Below are positions 27,526 through 30,238 of a stretch of DNA of 30,238 nt, piece by piece (position 1 is the first letter of the stretch; each line of letters begins with the position of its first letter). Position numbers and translations under genes: made by a program. The stretch comes from Candidatus Zixiibacteriota bacterium (GTDB taxonomy: Bacteria; Zixibacteria; MSB-5A5; UBA10806; 4484-95), in contig JAOZPT010000006.1 of NCBI GenBank assembly GCA_029932605.1, forward strand, positions 38,284-68,521, given 5' to 3'. The notes beneath the pieces are model-generated. The model saw only the letters and a program-made list of their open reading frames with translations, ran no database searches and was not told where the DNA came from.

Positions 27526-27996
27526 TTATAGTGACGGCTCTTTTGGTTCATCGACTTTAAGTTCCGTCATCATTGAAAAATGGTCTATACCGACATCCTG
27601 AAGGGTGCTCATGATATCTTTCATTGTCCCGTATTTACTATCGCGGTCAGCTTTTACTATTATTATTGGATTACCCAACCTGACTCTGGCTTTAGTTAAC
27701 TCGAAGTTGAGGGTGCGAAGCGTGACCTCAGGAGACTCTCTAATTATATCACCAGTTTTTTTATCTTTGGTGATGTATTCAACGAATATTTCGTTTTGTT
27801 TGTTAACAGTGATACTAATCAGACCCGCATCGGGAACTTTGATTTCTGAATGAGAGGAGGGCAGGGTTACATGTTCTTTTTCAGGTGGTTTGAACTGGGT
27901 GGTGGTCATATAGAAAATCAAAAGCAGAAAGGCAATATCGACCATAGGAGTCATATCGATAGAGATGCCAATTCTCCTTTTTGGTCTTTTAGCCAT
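27526..27996 (-). CDS. exbD: ExbD/TolR-family protein
   Basis: IDMTPMVDIAFLLLIFYM, LPSS, IKAD-like VKADRDSKYG. TAATG coupling with exbB. Confidence 0.92.
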   Translation of the reverse strand: MAKRPKRRIGISIDMTPMVDIAFLLLIFYMTTTQFKPPEKEHVTLPSSHSEIKVPDAGLISITVNKQNEIFVEYITKDKKTGDIIRESPEVTLRTLNFELTKARVRLGNPIIIVKADRDSKYGTMKDIMSTLQDVGIDHFSMMTELKVDEPKEPSL

Positions 27997-28727
27997 TAAC
28001 AACCTTCTTTCTTTTTGATTAACTGTATCACCTCGTAGGATGCCTCATCGATTGTGAAGTTGAAAGTATCAACTTTGTTGACGAACACATTATATGCCAC
28101 GATACCCACGATAGCGTTAGCCAGTCCTCCAGCAGTGTTAACCAACGCTTCGGATATACCGATAGCCAATTGCTGAGCATCGATAACACCGCCTTTGCGG
28201 TGACCGGTTGCGGCAAAGGCTCTGATCATTCCGATTGTTGTTCCCAGCAATCCCCACATGGTGGCGATTGAGGCGATAGTTGAAAGGGCGATTAAGTTTC
28301 TTTCTAAAAGTGGCACCTCTAAAGCATTGGCTTCATCAATAGCGCGCTGAGTTTCTTCAACCTTCTTTTCGGAGGTCAATGAGGAATCATCCTTGACAGC
28401 ATTATATCGTTCTATCCCGGCTCTGAGAATATTGGCGACACTGCCACGTTGTTTATCACAAGCAGCTATGGCACCTTCGTAGTCACTGCTATTGAGCATA
28501 GTTATGACCTTTTTGAAGAAAGATTGCACAGAGGCTTTACCACGGGCGACACGCAACGTTAACCAGCGCTCGATAATAAAACCAATCAGAAGGATCATCA
28601 TGGCAATTAAGCCTGCTACAAGAGGACCGCCTTCGCGAAGATAATCTGGAAGTAAATACGCCCAGATGATATACCCCGTGGCAATTGCTACAATCAACAA
28701 CACGAAGAAAAATACAGACTGTTTCAC
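27996..28727 (-). CDS. exbB: ExbB/TolQ/MotA proton-channel protein
   Basis: LSTIASIATMWGLLGTTIGMIRAF and GISEALVNTAGGL. GTG start behind AGGAGG. Confidence 0.92.
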   Translation of the reverse strand: MKQSVFFFVLLIVAIATGYIIWAYLLPDYLREGGPLVAGLIAMMILLIGFIIERWLTLRVARGKASVQSFFKKVITMLNSSDYEGAIAACDKQRGSVANILRAGIERYNAVKDDSSLTSEKKVEETQRAIDEANALEVPLLERNLIALSTIASIATMWGLLGTTIGMIRAFAATGHRKGGVIDAQQLAIGISEALVNTAGGLANAIVGIVAYNVFVNKVDTFNFTIDEASYEVIQLIKKKEGC

Positions 28728-28762
28728 TTAATTCCTCCTAAAGTTTATTATTTTATTTAACG

Positions 28763-29815
28763 TTAAAGTTCCATTGCAGGAATAATTCCTAATAAGTGAG
28801 CGGCTATGTTTAACCATATACTGAAACTGGCCAGAGCTAAAATACCTGGCTGCTCAACAAATATTAAAACGATTAACAAAAGATACAAGATGATGGCTAG
28901 GATGTTAAGTTTGCCAAGAGACTTCAAGCGGTCAAAATAGTTAGTCGTTTTCCTGCCAGTGTTTAAGCTTACCAGGTTTATAAGCCCGATTAACGGGCTG
29001 AGTAATATAAGGATTATAGAAAGAGTGAAAATAATTTTTAAGATTAAATCTCCCCAGGCAACAAAACTGCCTATATTTCCAAGGTGGAAAATGTAGTTTA
29101 TTGCCAGCCCACTGAAATTTTTACCAAAAGCGTCAAATCTATAATAGGGCAAAAATAGTGAAATAATCATCAGTGCCGAAGCAATAGATATTATTGTTAT
29201 GTCGGTTTTGCTGAGCAAGGATGAATTTACAATTGATGATTCACGTTCGATGTTGTGGGGTTTACCGGATTGTTTTCGTATTTTTTCAACGTATTTATTT
29301 TTTTCCGCTTCAGAAGTCCAGAATTCCTTGAGTTCTCTTGGAGCTACATCAAAACCGAGGTAGTTGTATCGCAGTTCATCGGGTGTTGGTTTTGCTGGGG
29401 GGTCTAGATAATTTATGCCTAATTCAGAAATAAAAAAGCCGATTGCGGCCAAGATGGCACCAAATTGTATCGTTAATCCGTAATCTTCGGGTCTTATAGT
29501 GCCAAAATCAGTTTTCCATCCCTGTTGGAACATAATATATCTGATTATCATAATTGCGATTGCAATGTTTGAGCTAATCAAAATGGCAATCTTTGCATTT
29601 TGAGACTGCTTTGAACTAATAAAGTAAAAATATGTTGCTAAAATAACAATAGCAGCAGCAAAAACGATCCATAATTCGTCACCCAGGAAAATTCCTGACA
29701 TGTTTAATTCGGCTCCTCCTATTGATAGTTTCAACCAGGGCAGGAAAAAGCAGATGATAGATAATATCGCTCCTATTGGTATTGTCAGGATTTTAAACTT
29801 GTCCAGTTGATTCAT
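28763..29815 (-). CDS. Hypothetical polytopic membrane protein with two related TM modules
   Basis: 350 aa, about 8 TM, AGGAG RBS, packed within the operon. FFLPW..SG and LFLPY..SG module starts. Confidence 0.75.
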   Translation of the reverse strand: MNQLDKFKILTIPIGAILSIICFFLPWLKLSIGGAELNMSGIFLGDELWIVFAAAIVILATYFYFISSKQSQNAKIAILISSNIAIAIMIIRYIMFQQGWKTDFGTIRPEDYGLTIQFGAILAAIGFFISELGINYLDPPAKPTPDELRYNYLGFDVAPRELKEFWTSEAEKNKYVEKIRKQSGKPHNIERESSIVNSSLLSKTDITIISIASALMIISLFLPYYRFDAFGKNFSGLAINYIFHLGNIGSFVAWGDLILKIIFTLSIILILLSPLIGLINLVSLNTGRKTTNYFDRLKSLGKLNILAIILYLLLIVLIFVEQPGILALASFSIWLNIAAHLLGIIPAMEL

Positions 29816-29823
29816 AATTTCTC

Positions 29824-30237
29824 CTAACGTACTTCAGTTCGGGCAGCACCTTCCCGGGCACCCTTATGTTTAGGATCTATCTCCAAAACTTTTTTATAAT
29901 ATGTATTTGCAAGTTTAATTTTGTTACACAGATGATAAGCAGTGGCAAGGTTATACAAATAATCGATATTTTTGGGGTCACATTTAATTGCCCGTTCACC
30001 ATAGGTAATGGCGTTGCCACAATCGCGCATCACATTATAACAGAAACAAACGTCACCAAGTATCTTGCACTTGTCAATATTCGAGAGGGAACATGTGGTA
30101 TCTTTTAAAGCAACTTTATAATGTTCAATTGCCTTTTCACAATTGCCGATAAAACTGTATATCGTGCCTATCGTTTGCCTCATGATGACATCCTCAGGCT
30201 TTAAAACAATCGCCTGTTCAAGAGTGGAAGCGGCTAG
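29824..30237 (-). CDS. TPR-repeat protein, C-terminal part (5' end outside window)
   Basis: Frame stays open from the window edge (LAASTLEQAIVLKPEDVIM...). TPR patterns AIEHYKVAL, AITYGERAIKCDP, YYKKVLEIDP. Confidence 0.85.
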   Translation of the reverse strand, partial: LAASTLEQAIVLKPEDVIMRQTIGTIYSFIGNCEKAIEHYKVALKDTTCSLSNIDKCKILGDVCFCYNVMRDCGNAITYGERAIKCDPKNIDYLYNLATAYHLCNKIKLANTYYKKVLEIDPKHKGAREGAARTEVR

Positions 30238-30238
30238 T

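Noticed and set aside
1724..30108. Numerous 60-165 aa ORFs antisense to or nested in the main genes (e.g. 14397-14813, 19215-19628, 22808-23302)
   Set aside because: Shadow ORFs of well-supported genes, with no RBS or domain signal.

Overview
AT-rich bacterial chromosomal window with about 24 intact, densely packed genes. I found no rRNA, tRNA, CRISPR array, transposase or integrase. The host is a diderm (TolC, TonB-ExbB-ExbD-ExbD). GWxTD proteins and the double-ExbD layout suggest an FCB-group lineage such as Zixibacteria (inference only). The left half, mostly + strand, holds a phasin-like gene, an ABC1/UbiB kinase, rlmD, a DUF885 protein, an SbcD/YhaO-like + SbcC/YhaN-like pair, a MATE transporter, a minus-strand 5-PAS hybrid histidine kinase, mrp and nifU. 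The right half, all minus strand, is an envelope block: TPR, membrane protein, exbB-exbD-exbD-tonB, then Yip1-TolC-MacA-ATPase-two permeases, then two GWxTD genes. Three signals stand out. (1) The SbcD-like protein has lost most canonical metal ligands, is paired with an SMC-like ATPase carrying a transmembrane hairpin at its coiled-coil apex, and sits behind a perfect sigma28-type promoter. (2) Three sigma28-like promoters precede non-flagellar genes. (3) One ECF-type promoter motif (AAC-N16-CGTTATA) precedes both the Yip1/TolC/Mac operon and the GWxTD pair, linking the uncharacterised GWxTD proteins to an envelope-stress exporter. All calls come from manual motif reading; no searches were run.
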